Assembly: GCA_013239625.1 (NCBI GenBank)
Contig: MU054323.1
Span: 10,571,186-10,635,185 of the forward strand
Direction of reading: 5' to 3'
Source: Lama guanicoe
Taxonomy: Eukaryota
Length of the DNA stretch: 64,000 bases
Shown here in pieces: positions 27,482 to 39,116 of the stretch. Position 1 is the stretch's first letter; every line of letters starts with the position of its first letter. The notes under the pieces were generated by a model. The model did no database searches. It was given only the letters and a program-made list of their open reading frames with translations, and was not told where the DNA came from. Made by a program: the position numbers and the translations under genes.

Positions 27482-27863
27482 TAACAAACATCCTCTCCTT
27501 GACCAAACTTAAGCCAGGTTCCTCTTAGTCCAACAAAGATCCATCCTCTAAGAGCCCAATTTAGCAAGAATCCTGTTAAGATGGTTTAGCCAGAATCCTT
27601 CATCCTTGATGGCACCCTGATCTGCCTTTAGCAAGACTCCTATTATGCCCATTTAGACAGAATCCCCCCCTTATTCCTGATATTTCCTCTTCCTAATTTT
27701 CCATCCCCACTCCTCCAATCCTTGGCTATAAACTCCCACTTTTTCTTATTGTATTTGGGATTGAGCCCAATCTCTTTCCTGTACTGTAAAATTGCAGTAG
27801 TCTTGAATAAAGTTTGCCCTATCATTCTTTAAAAAGTGTCAGGAATAGTTTTTTTGTTTAACA
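27482..27863 (+). mobile_element. ERV1 MER31-type solo LTR, copy 2
   Basis: 'ctctccttgaccaaactt', 'ttagcaagaatcctg', 'cttggctataaa', 'cttgaataaag', ends 'tttaaca'; TSD-like agat/agac. Confidence 0.85.
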
Positions 27864-28019
27864 AGACTTCAAGCATCTGTGCTGTTGCTTGTGACTTTTA
27901 GAAATTCTGTTCCTTGTTCTTGTCTTTCCTACTTGGTTAAATGAGATTCACTTTTATAATGTCACTTCCTTTGTGAAATTTTCATTGGACAACTCCCACC
28001 TGCCAACTCCTGTCTAGTA

Positions 28020-28240
28020 CAGAGCTCTGGCAGCAGACAGCCTGGAGTCAAATTCCAATTCTACCTTTCTTTCATTTTTGATCCTGGGCAAGTTACATAA
28101 CCTGTCAGAGCCTCAGTTCCCTCATCAATAATTGAGGATAATAATACTACTTACCATGTTGGATTATTGTTGTATTAATTCTATTAAGTGTTTGGATATA
28201 GTGTCTGGCTTATAGTAAGTGCTCAATAAATGTTACCATT
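28020..28240 (+). mobile_element. MIR SINE, near full length
   Basis: 'ctgggcaagttacataacctgtcagagcctcagttccctcatc', 'tagtaagtgctcaataaatgtt'. Confidence 0.9.
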
Positions 28241-28500
28241 ATCAGAGCTCTCTTCTCAAATTTTATAATTATCATCATTATTAATATCATCTGCCCTGCT
28301 CCTACCCCTCCAATCTTAGACCTGGAAGTTCCTTAATAGCAGGCTTGGGTCTCACTCATCTTTGCATTTTCCTGCCAGCTTCACAACACCATGGCTCACA
28401 GTATACATTCAATCCCTGTGCTAATAACAACTGGTCTGATAAAGGACTCACAGTAGGTGTTGATGGGTGCCAAATATGATCTCTCTGGCCGTTTACTTGT

Positions 28501-29457
28501 ATTTTTTTCGATAGCTTCATTGAGATATCTTTGACATATAAAAATTGTATATACTTAAGGTGTACAACTTGATATTTTGATATATGCATGCACTGCATAC
28601 ATTGTGAAAAGATAACCACAATCAAGCTAATTAACATATCCAATCACCTCTACAAAGTTACCATTTTGTGTGTGTGAAGTGACAAGATTAAGATCTATCC
28701 TCTTCACAAGTTTCAAGTATATAATACAGTAATGTTAACATTATCAGTACTGTGCACTAGATCTCTAGAACTTTTTCATCTTATATAACTGAAATTTTTG
28801 TATCTTTTGGCCATTTCCCTCTTCTGTTAGCCCCTGCAACCACAATTCTACTCTCTGCTTCTTGAGTTTGACTATCTGAGACTGCACTTACAAGTGAGAT
28901 CATGCAGTATTTGTCTTTCTGTGTCTGACTTTTTCACTTAGCTTAATGTCTTCTAGTTCCATATATGTTATTTCCAATGGCAGGATTTCCCTCTTTTTTA
29001 AAAAGTTGAAAATATTCCACTGTGTGTGTATGTATGTGTGTGTGTGTGTTTTCTCTACTTCTTTATCATATTTTCTTTATCAATTCATATGCCAAAGTAT
29101 ATTTAGCTTGTTTTCGTATCTCAGTTATTATGAATAATGCTGCAATGAACGTGGGAGTGAAGGTATCTCTTCATGATCCAGATTTCAGCTCCTTTGTAGA
29201 TAGATACACACACACACACACACACACACACACTCAGGATTGCGATTGTTGGCTCATACTGGTCTTGGTGATAATTTTTTGGATGTGACACCAAAATCAC
29301 AGGCAAGAAAAGCAAACAGAGACAAATGGGATTACATCAAACTAAAATGCTTCTGCATAGCAAAGAAAACAATCAACAAAATGAAAAGGCAATCTATGGA
29401 ATGGAGAAAAATATTTGCAAACCATATATCTGATAAGGGTTAAAATTCAAAATACAT
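28501..29457 (-). mobile_element. L1MA-type insertion with 5' inversion: antisense 3' part ~28501-29262, sense ORF2 part ~29255-29457
   Basis: Antisense 3' UTR, then (CA)n, then sense ORF2 peptide GLGDNFLDVTPKSQARKANRDKWDYIKLKCFCIAKKTINKMKRQSMEWRKIFANHISDKG; TSD-like gtttacttgtatttt/gtttatttgcaattt (12/15). Confidence 0.85.
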
Positions 29458-29819
29458 GTTTATTTGCAATTTAATAGGGGCCTTCAAACAGTGCTTGAAC
29501 CACTAGGAATACCTTTTGCATGTCACCTCAGGAAGTCAAATTATCTAATATTGAGGAGGATGAAGCAGATACTTTTGAGTCTAACCTCCAAATCTAGCAT
29601 AGTATATGGCCACATCTCCTATGTGAAGGCCAGGGCTGGGGCCTCACCTAAATGACTTCTACTCAAAGACAGTTTTTAAGTCAGGGATGGAGGGATTTGA
29701 AGAAATTGTGAGAAAACTATATCAGGTGATCCCTCTTTCTGTCTGCACTGACCATTCTAGACATGTAAATATCTTTTCTTCCTACAAACATCTGTGGGGA
29801 AGAAGCCCACACACGGTGT

Positions 29820-30400
29820 CAGGAAGCATTGTGTGGTGAGAAAGCTGTGGGCTTGGGGAATCAGAAGACACAAATCAAATCTAAATCTAATATTTGATTG
29901 GCTACAGGCCCTGGGCAATGGGTAAGACTTAGTTTTCTTTTTAATCAAGCTGTAAAAGTTTTCCTACTTTGTAAGGTGATTACTGTATTTGAAAGGCAAC
30001 AGCCTCATGCCTGGCACCTAGTTAGCACTCAGTACTGACAAAGACTTTCCTTGACCAAACTTTAGTCAGGCTCCACTGAGCCCACTTCTCCACTACACCT
30101 CAACCTTGGACCCCATCCTGTCTACAGCCTTCCCCTCTCAGTTTTAGCAAGAATCCTGCTAAGTCAGCAAGAATCCCTCTAATCTTGATGTCGCCTCTTA
30201 GTAATTTTCCATCCACTGACTGCCCTCACCCTGCTTCTTGGCTTATATCTCCCTGCGTCCTTCTTGTATTCGGAGTTAAGCTGAGTGAAGCCAGAGTTAA
30301 GTTTCTTCTCTCTTGCAATAGTCTTGAATAAAGTCTCCCTTGCCATTTTTCACAAGTGTCAGAATCATTCCTCTTTAATAGTACATGCCAATGATTATTG
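29820..30400 (+). mobile_element. MIR interrupted by MER31-type LTR
   Basis: 'tgcctggcacctagttagcactcagtac' resumes after the LTR as 'gtacatgccaatgattatt'. Confidence 0.65.
30036..30380 (+). mobile_element. ERV1 MER31-type solo LTR, copy 3
   Basis: 'tgacaaagactttccttgaccaaactttagtcaggctcc', 'cttgaataaagtc'; perfect 4-bp TSD gtac (30032-30035/30381-30384). Confidence 0.9.
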
Positions 30401-31239
30401 CCATTATCTTTCCTCTCTTCCAGGGATCAAGAGATCATGGGATTTGTCTACCTAGTTCCTGGCTTAAAAGGCAGCACTTCCATAGTCATGTGATAACTCT
30501 TTCCTGGCCTCACAGTTGGGCTGGGGAAACCTGCCACTATATAGTGTCTTCAGGTAGGTGCTTTGGGGTCAAGCAGAGGGCAGGGTGCAGAGCCTCCCTC
30601 GGCACATCCCTCAATCTCCTTCCTCAGGGTCAATGTGGTGAAATGTTGAGAAGAGGCTGGGTAGTCCGTTAGCAATGCTCCTAGTCTCTGACCTACATTC
30701 AGTCAAGTTCACAGCAATCAAACTAGCCTTTTTCCAGGGATAGGCCTCATCTTAGGAAACTAATGTTTCTGATCAAAGGTCAACCTCAAAATCCAATCCA
30801 GAAGCAATTACACTAGTGCTTTAGGAACCACATTTGAGGTCCAAAGCCCAATTTTTTTTTTTTCTGAAACAACTTGCCTCTGCCCTTTGACAAACAAGGT
30901 TGAGTTTCAGGGGACTATAATACAATTTTAATTTAAAATCTAAAGCTCCATGCTCCTTTCAAGTTGTCATCAGTCTGTCATACTGCTTTGTTGAAAAACC
31001 AGGATCAGTGGTCAGAAGCCCTGTCATCTTCTTTCACCTCAATTTCAATGTTTCTCTGTCCCTGAACCCATTTGCCCTCATTTTGGAGAAAGAAGTTCCC
31101 TTCTTTCCAGAGACAGCCCTCCCCCTGTGCTACCAATCTATCCACTCTTTTCCTCCAGGATAGAAGACACTGGCCCTGCCCCTATTCTCCTCTCCCCATC
31201 ACCTGCTGTCTCCTAGTGCAAAGCTGCCCAACTTTTGCA

Positions 31240-31500
31240 ACAGGTGGTTACTATCGCTGATATGCAAGATGATTAAAAATAAAACACTTTAAAACAGTTA
31301 TGCATTTAATTTGAATATGTATTAAGAAAAAATTACATAATTAGCCCAACAAACCCATAATTTTGGGAATATTACTGCTTTAGGTGAAGTTAAATATATT
31401 TAAGAATTTTTAAAAAGCTAATTGACTTATAATAATACCAAGTAAATGATAGCAGAGTGATATGTGACTCTGGAAACAATGGGCTGATGTTTGGACAGTC
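31240..31500. mobile_element. Possible old hAT-Charlie-type DNA transposon remnant
   Basis: Abrupt AT-rich block with 'aaacccataattttgggaatattactgctttagg'; family recalled only loosely. Confidence 0.35.
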
Positions 31501-32421
31501 TTTGCACAGCAGAGAGCCCTGGGCTGGCAGCCAGGAGTCCCCGCTCTGCCACTTACTTGCCATGTGGCCTCAAACACATGCCTTGGCCGCTCTAGGCCTC
31601 CACTGCAATTTTTTGTAATTTCATGGGGGTGGCTCCTTTCCTGGTTTTCAAATGTACTCAGGTTTTCCCCATGTGGTTAAAAACAACCTCCTTAAAATCT
31701 TTCTTGGGTGTGCTGAACCCTCAAGTTTTAGTTCTCCTGGTTCTCTCCCTCTCTGTTTACTGTGTGAATTCTGAGGTGTTGCATTCATCACCCCTTCTCT
31801 CTCTTAAAAGCCTCACACTCTGCCTGCTGGTCTGACAACCCCACTGAAAGAGCCCCTGCAACGTTACCTGACTCCACAAACAGCAAGTAGTGCTGCTGGT
31901 GTGCAGCTTCTGGGGGCAGTGCCACTTAAATGGGCTCTGTGGACAGCCCGGGAGCCCACCCTGAGGCACGGGCGCTTCATTCCAGGAGAACGGACTCTGA
32001 GCTACCAGTATCTGATTTACGGAAGACTTTTAGAACGTATCTCCATTCGTTCATAGTTGAAGACCCCTTCTGGACTGTCAAACAACATGCGGCAAGGGGC
32101 CCTGGGCTGCCGCCCTCTCTCTGCTCTGCTGCTGCCTTCTCGTGACGTACAGGACATTAGAGGAATGCCAGAAAGCAGCTCCTGGGGCACCGACTTATTA
32201 TTATTCGCTAAATCAGGTGCCTATACCCTCAGTGAGAGCTTCCGAGGGACATCAAGCAAGGGTGGTCTCCCAACTACAGCAGCTCTGAGAGAAGCCTGGG
32301 GTGAGCGAGGACATGCCCGTGTATTTCTGGGTTCAGAGGGACCAAAGGATTCTCTTTCCTCCTGTCTCAATCTCTTAATGTGCTAAATGGCAATAATTAG
32401 TATCAAGAGTAGGAAAAATTT

Positions 32422-32842
32422 TGAATTAGTTTACTAGGGCTGCTGTAAACAAGTACCACAAACTGGATGGCTTAAACCACAGAAATGTATTGTCTCACAA
32501 TTCTGGAGGCTAGAAATCCAAAATCAAGGTGTTGACAGGGTTGGTTTCTTCTGAAGGTTGTGAGGTAAGGATCCCTTCCAGGCCTCTGCCCTTGGTTTAT
32601 AGATGGCCATCTTCACACTCACATGTTCTCCTTCTCCCTCTATGTGTACTTGTGCCAAATTTCTCCCTTTTATAAGGACTTCAGTCAGTTGGATTAGGGG
32701 CCTACCCTCCTCCAGAATGACCTCATCTTGACTAATTATATCTGTAACAACCATATTTCTAAATCAGATCACATTCTGAGGTAATGGGGAGTGAGAACTT
32801 CAATATACGAATTTTTGAAGGGATACAATTCATTCCATAACA
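32422..32842 (-). mobile_element. MaLR MLT1B/C-like solo LTR (antisense)
   Basis: 'agggctgctgtaaacaagtaccacaaactggatggcttaaa...ttctggaggctagaaatcc...cacattctgagg...ccataaca'. Confidence 0.9.
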
Positions 32843-34559
32843 GATATGAGGAACTGAATAAAGAGTCAGGACACCTGGATTCAAGAACCAACTCTCCACT
32901 AAGCAGCTGTGTGGTACTGGGTACATGAGTGGGTTCACTAGGCCTCAGACTTGTCCTCACTCCCTCAGTCTGAGTGTAATACTAGATCGTCTCAAAGGCC
33001 CCTCCAGCTCTAACAGCCAATAGCTTGGCATCATCTAACTGAAACGGATCCAAACGTTTGCAAAGCATATAAAACTTCTTACTTGGAAGATACAGTATAA
33101 ACGCTAAGAAATAATAACCCCTGAGCCTACGTAAAAAAAGTACATACAAATTCAAAGTGGTTTTCAAACATTATTTCATTAATCCTTGCAAATCCCCTGT
33201 GAAGTAGTATTATTAAAGAGCAAACTGACAATTGTGCTATAATCTGGTCAAGTAAAAGAACAATATCTCAGACAAGATAATAGCAGACTTATCTGCCACA
33301 AGGGAGGAGTGAATATTCAAAGGCCGTGCAAGTCGGAAACAAATAGGAAATTTCACCTCAGGTGGCTTCGAAATAGGGGTTGAAAAACGAGGCTTTGGCT
33401 GCCATCCTGGGACTTTCCAAAGGAGGGAGGGGAGATTTATGAGCCGAGTTTCCAGAACACATGCATCATTCATGGCCTCTAATTTTTCATGCATAAATGT
33501 TTGAGCTGATATTTAAGATCTAGGGAATCTTCTGGGAGGGAATTACAATTTTTCTGAGGAGTGGAAAAAAAAAACTGTCCTAGATGATTTTTTTTCTTTT
33601 TTTTCTTCCTAGAAGGTGGAGAAAAGATGTCTTTTTTTTTTTTTTCCGCCATGGCTAAAAAGGCAGATGAGGTTGAGACTATGGAAATATGGCCATTTCA
33701 TAGAAGCCCTCCCCCTCCCAGCCACTGGCCATTATCCTGACCAGCTTTTAGAGACAGCTGACCGCACACTCTATCCTGGGACAGCGATCCTACATTGCAT
33801 CTAGAAGGCAATATGAGGCAGACAACCGAATGAAGGAAGCCAACCCTGGGCATGGGACACAAGGTTACATCTAGGTTTGGACTTGCACAAAGACCCTCTG
33901 CTGTGTTGGATGATGGGAGGGACTGAGAAGACACTGCTTGTCCAGCTCAACCTTAAATAGTTCCTTCACTGGCCAGCCTTCTGGCCTGAAATTCCAACAG
34001 TGGAGATTTTGGGGGGTTGCAAGAATATCTATCTCCAAGTGACTTTCTTTAAAATCCAAATACTTCTAAACAGGTGAGAGGCTGGACTTCTCAACTAATC
34101 ACCAGTACCTCAGTGTAAAAGTTTGTCCCAACAATCCTACTCTGTGGTATTAAGAGACTGAGATAACTGGTTATGGCAGGTTCCCAAACCTGTGGTGGGA
34201 ACTAAGATAGGGGAGATGAAGAAAGAAGAGGTGTGGTCGGGGTGGCTGGACAAATATGAAGATCATTTCTGCCTGTTTCATTACTCGACCAGATGGGCTA
34301 CGATATCGGTTAACCTCATTTAGTGAAGCAGCAATACTAATAGTTTACAAGTTAACTTTATCTAGTTAAGCATCAATATAACTAAGCTAATTTAACGTTT
34401 AATACTGTGACCCAACTGGCAAGTCTAATCTTATGCAGTCAGAAATTCTCCTGCAGGGTTCTTATCAAAAACAAATAACAACTGTTAAAGACTAACTTTA
34501 GAAGAACCCAGCTTCTCTGCACGACCTACATCTAGCCTCACATCTCAACACTCCTTCAA

Positions 34560-34905
34560 ACATATCTGTGCCCAATTTCCTGTAGTTCCCCAAATGAGCC
34601 AGCCCCTTCCCCCATCCTCTGCACATGCTGTTCCCTTGCTATGAAATGACCCTTTAAGGTCCTCTCCACCTAGCTAACCACTGTTTTTCATTCAAGACTA
34701 AACTCAAGTCCACCCCTTCCAGGAAGCTTTCCCTGAATTCCCAGGCTAGGTGAGGGTCCCTCCCCTGCACCCTGCAGCACTTGTCACTCTGGTTGTAATT
34801 ATTAGTTTCCAGTTTCTTCCTCTAAAGCAGAGGCAGAACCAATGGTCTCCATCTTGGCATCCCCCGGCACAGAGGAAATGCAGAAAAATATTTATTGTCA
34901 ATGAG
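34560..34905 (+). mobile_element. L2 3' fragment
   Basis: 'gcacatgctgttccc', 'ttcattcaagac', 'ccaggaagctttccctga'. Confidence 0.6.
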
Positions 34906-34954
34906 CCATTTCTTTTTCATCTGTTAAATTTGCTGATTAAAAAAAGAACTCAAC

Positions 34955-36235
34955 TCTGCTGAGGGTGAATTGAAGCACTCATCTCCTACTTTGTGGTGGA
35001 AATATAAATTGATTCAAGGTGCTTGGAAAGCAAATGCAAGATGAATCACAAGCAATAGTAACTTTATAGTGATGACCCTGGCACTCCTTTTCTGAGAATC
35101 CCTCTTCAGAAATTAATATAAACTATAAAAAAGTGATTTCCATGATGATATTCAGGGCAGTATTATTTAAAATAGAAAATTCCTAGAATGAACTTAAATG
35201 TCCAATAACAGAGGAGTGGTTAAATTGCAATCTGATGCAATGTTTTGCAAATGTTAAAAATCATGGTTATGAAAAACTATGTCAAATGTGGAAAAGGATG
35301 ATGATAAAACACTAAATGAAAAAGATATAAAATGCATGTATAAGATGATTATGACTATGTAAAATAAGAATAATAGCTACCACATATATGTGCCTCACTT
35401 TAATACTTTATGTGTATTAACTCTTTTAATTTTTACAATAACCTAATGTGGCAGGTACTGACAAAGAACCTCTTCTTGATCAAATTCTAGGCAGGCTTTT
35501 CTGAGTTCTCTTTTTAACTAGGCCCAATCTTGGGCTCCCATGTCCTTTTCTGTAGAATCTAGTTCTAACAAGAATCCCACCAAGTCTGCTTAACCACAAC
35601 CCCTCAACATCTGATCACCCTCAATATTTAGTTGGGCTCCTCATCCTCCCCACCTACCAGGTGATGTCTGATCACCCTGACCTGCCTTCAGTAAGAATCT
35701 TGTTAGGTAAGTTTAGCCAGAAATCCCCCCACCCCCTTACCCCTGTTGTTTCTTCCTTTCAGTGATTTTCTATCCACTGCCCCGCAACCCTGCTACTTGG
35801 CTACAAATTCTCACTTTTCCTCATATTCAGAGTTGAGCCCAATCTCTCTGCTTTACTACAAACTCATTATAGTAGGCTCACCTTGAGTGAAATCTGCCTT
35901 ACCATTCTTTAACAAATTCCAGGAACAATTTAACAGTGCTGTCAATATCTCCGTTTTATAGATGGTGGAGGCGGAGTACAGAGAGGTCACATAACATGCC
36001 CTGAGTCACACAGCTGGTAAGTGAGAGCCTGACTCTGAGCCCAGTCTGTATCCAGAGACCGTACTTCTCACCACTGTGATAGAAACTTCATCCAGAATTT
36101 GGAAGAAAACAAGCAAAATGTTACTGCTTTGTGAAGGTTGTGAAAATATAAACGAATTTCTTTTTTCCCCTCTATATAAAATTTTCTATAATTTGCTTAT
36201 ATTATCTTTATAATAGTAGTTTTTAATAAAAAACT
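34955..36235 (+). mobile_element. Old L1ME-type 3' remnant interrupted by MIR (~35370-36080, antisense), itself interrupted by a MER31-type LTR
   Basis: 'ggtggaaatataaattgattcaa', 'aacttaaatgtccaataacagaggagtggttaaat'; MIR 'tttatagatgg...agaggtcacataacatgccctgagtcacacagctggtaagtg'; L1 resumes 'ggaagaaaacaagcaaaatgtta'. Confidence 0.65.
35459..35935 (+). mobile_element. ERV1 MER31-type solo LTR, copy 4
   Basis: TG...CA ('tgacaaaga...tttaaca'), 'tctgatcaccctgacctgccttcagtaagaatc', 'agttgagcccaatctctct'; TSD gtac/gtgc. Confidence 0.88.
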
Positions 36236-37409
36236 TAAAAATTCAATCATAATGTAGAAGTCTTCAAATGTCTACTTGTAACACGTCTACAACAGTTGTT
36301 CAATTTTGGGGTTAAACATTCTGAAGCTATCTTGAATTAAAATGTTTAAATACTAAGCTACCTGATCCGCACACAGATACAGATAAAGCTAAAATTGTAT
36401 TTCTGCTCATGTATTTTTTTTCTTTTTCAATAAAGTGTATTCACTGTAATGTGTAACATATAGGATTAGATGTTTATATCCTAGTAAGACTCTTCATAGA
36501 AAGAAATCATTTCACTAGTCAGGGAAAAATCCTTTGTCAAACCATGTGTCCTGCTTTCAGTTTGCAAAATATGCTCACTGCAGTGTTGGAGGTTGGGGCT
36601 GGGGAGAGTGTGTAAAGGGGAAAGGGTTCTCCCTCAGCTCCAGTACCAGCCCTGCTGTAGCTGGCAGTAGGAACCCCAAACCAAGTCCCCGGAGGGACTG
36701 CTCAGGTGGAGTTGTGTGAGGTGATACTGTGCTATGCCTATTTTCGGGGCACAAGGAGGGGTACCCCCTAAGTTCCTTCTGGGTTCATCTGATTTGAGGT
36801 CTTTTGTAAAAGCAGAACCAACCCTGCAGAACTCTTTGAGCTCTCGCACAAAAATGTTTCTGTTATAAGGGGAGGTTTAATGTCTGCAGATGAGTGAGAG
36901 CAATTTGAAGAGGTGTGATGGCTGTGAGAGAGAGGAAATGCTGCAGATAGGGTGAGGAAAGGAAGGTCTGTCTTCCACTCTGGGGTTTATACCTGCAGGA
37001 GAGAAGGGTGGACCTGGGTTTAGAGGAACTATTCCCGTGGAGCAGCCTTAGGAGGAATGCCAAGGATGCCATCACCATCACTCAATACCTAAGGTTCACA
37101 GTCCCCATGTTCTCCCTAGCCCCCACTCCCAGGCACTACAAATAAGGACATTCATTCAGCTGATATTGAGGGGTAGGGAGTTCACCGTGGGCAGAGCCCA
37201 GCGGTAGGTGAGGTGGGGTTCCTCATCTCCAGAAGCCTACACACTCCTTGGAGAGGTAAGATTATCACCCAGGAAAAAGGTAACTGGTAGTCCCACAGTG
37301 TACGGGACTCCAAATTGCCAACGTGAGTGGTGTGGACATAAGCAGCACTAGGTCAACGTGACTTGGAATGTGAGTGGGACCCAAGGACGGGCAGCTAGAG
37401 ACAGTCTCC

Positions 37410-37575
37410 AGCCACTGTGCTGAGCAATTTCACTTCTCTGTATTGTGTCATCCTCACCAACATCCTATTTTTATTTTCTTGATTTTACAAATGAGAAAAT
37501 TAATCATTAAAGATTACATAGCTAGAAAGGGGCTACAGTTCCACTTCAAAATTAAACTGTCTGACTTCAAAATCC
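37410..37575 (-). mobile_element. MIR fragment
   Basis: 'catcctcaccaacatccta', 'attttacaaatgagaaaatt', 'tgtctgacttcaaa'. Confidence 0.6.
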
Positions 37576-37644
37576 ATAGGTAGAAGGAAGGAAGAATCCC
37601 CACACTTGCATGTGTGTATGTATATACGCATGTATGTATTCCCA

Positions 37645-38147
37645 TGCTAGCTAAAAACTGGCTTGCCATCTGCCTCTACAAGGACTGGATCATGTTGGCA
37701 CTTGCCATCTAACTCTGCCTGGATTAAATCACGAACTGCTGCAGCCACTGACCTCCAACACTCCCTAAATGGAGTTCAGGATGGAGATTAGGCATGAGGC
37801 ACTCTGCGCTCTGGGAACTGGCTAAACAGGCCTTCAGATAGTTTGATATTTTCAGGAGATTTCATGAGCCCAAGTTCTTGTGTCTCCTCATATCCAGAAA
37901 AGCACTAAAATCATTAACAGTGACATGTGATCTTTGTGACTAGCAGCAAGCCTCTGTCTAAATGTGTGCTTGACTGCATGTACCCTCCTTCACTGAAATC
38001 ATTTATAATACCGAATTTCCCACCCTGGCTCTTTGAAACAGTTTCTCAGAGTTATCTGAGATGCTGTCTCCTGGGCTATAGTCCTCATTTTGCCCCCAAT
38101 AAAACAACCCACAATTCTCACATTGTGTTATTTTATTTTAGTTGACA
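37645..38147 (+). mobile_element. ERV1 MER41-like (cetartiodactyl) solo LTR
   Basis: TG...CA ('tgctagctaaaaactggcttgccatc...ttagttgaca'), 'tctcctgggctatagtcctcattttgcccccaataaaac'; TSD-like ccca/tcca. Confidence 0.75.
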
Positions 38148-38384
38148 TCCAAAAAGCCTTCCAAAGGGTTTGAATCAAACAATATTTTACCAGTTGCAAA
38201 GATCTTCTCCTCTAGGTGTTTAATTTGATCACCTCAATAGCCCAGAAAAGTAGCAATTATAATGACTTCAATTTAACAGACAAGAACACTGATAACCAAA
38301 GAGTATGAGAGATAAGTAAATTAGTAAGTGGTAAAATAAGTGTGTGAATCCACTTTTTCTAACTGTCAGTCCCATGCTTCCTAC

Positions 38385-38735
38385 ACTCACTCATCCAACA
38401 AGCCTCCTCTGACTGCTGCTGGTAGGCCAGGACAGGGACAGGCCCTGGAGATACAGAGAAGAATCTGACTCTCCCCCACCTGGTGGGAAAGAGGCCACTA
38501 CACTTTATGTTCCATGGGGGACAAGGCGCTATGCTGGCTTGAGGCATACCCTTGGGGTTTTATGGTCTACCTGGGAAGCTAGGATAAGGCTTGGGAAGAC
38601 TTCAAGGCCCCTTCAAGCTGCATCTTAAACATGAGTTTACCAAGAGAGGCAAGATAGACGAAGATATTTCCATCAGAGGAAATAACCCATACAAAGGCAA
38701 AGAAGCGAAAAGCAGTGGGGCTCTGGAAAACTGTT
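38385..38735 (-). mobile_element. L2 fragment (a MIR fragment precedes it at ~38200-38360)
   Basis: 'cactcactcatccaacaagc...ggccctggagatacagaga', 'catacaaaggcaaaga'. Confidence 0.55.
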
Positions 38736-38744
38736 AATGGTATG

Positions 38745-39116
38745 TGTAATAGGCTGAATGTTTCTGCCCTCTCAATCATATATTGAAGCCCTAACCCCAA
38801 GTGTGATGGTATTAGGAGGTGAGACCTTTGGGAGGCAATTAGGTTTTGATGAGGTCATGAGGGTGGGGTCTCCGCGATGAGATTAACGTCCTTACAAGGA
38901 CAGGAGGAAAACGGAGCTCTCTTTCTCTACCACGTGAAGACACAGCACAGAAGAAGGAAACCACCTGTAAGCCAGGAATAGGGCCCTCACCAAGCACCTG
39001 ACCATGCTGGCACCCTGATCTTGGACTTTCAGACTCCAAAACTGTGAGAAATAACTGTCTGCCGTTTAGCCAGCCTGTCTGGTATTTTGATACAGCTGCC
39101 AGAGAAGACCATGACA
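38745..39116 (+). mobile_element. MaLR MLT1A-like solo LTR
   Basis: TG...CA, perfect TSD gtatg (38740-38744/39117-39121), 'gtgtgatggtattaggaggt', 'catgctggcaccctgatcttggacttt'. Confidence 0.92.

Noticed and set aside
24747..35935. LTR pairs as the ends of an intact provirus
   Set aside because: No PBS/PPT or gag/pol remnant seen between them; the intervening DNA is L1, MIR, MLT1 and unique sequence; copies have individual TSDs
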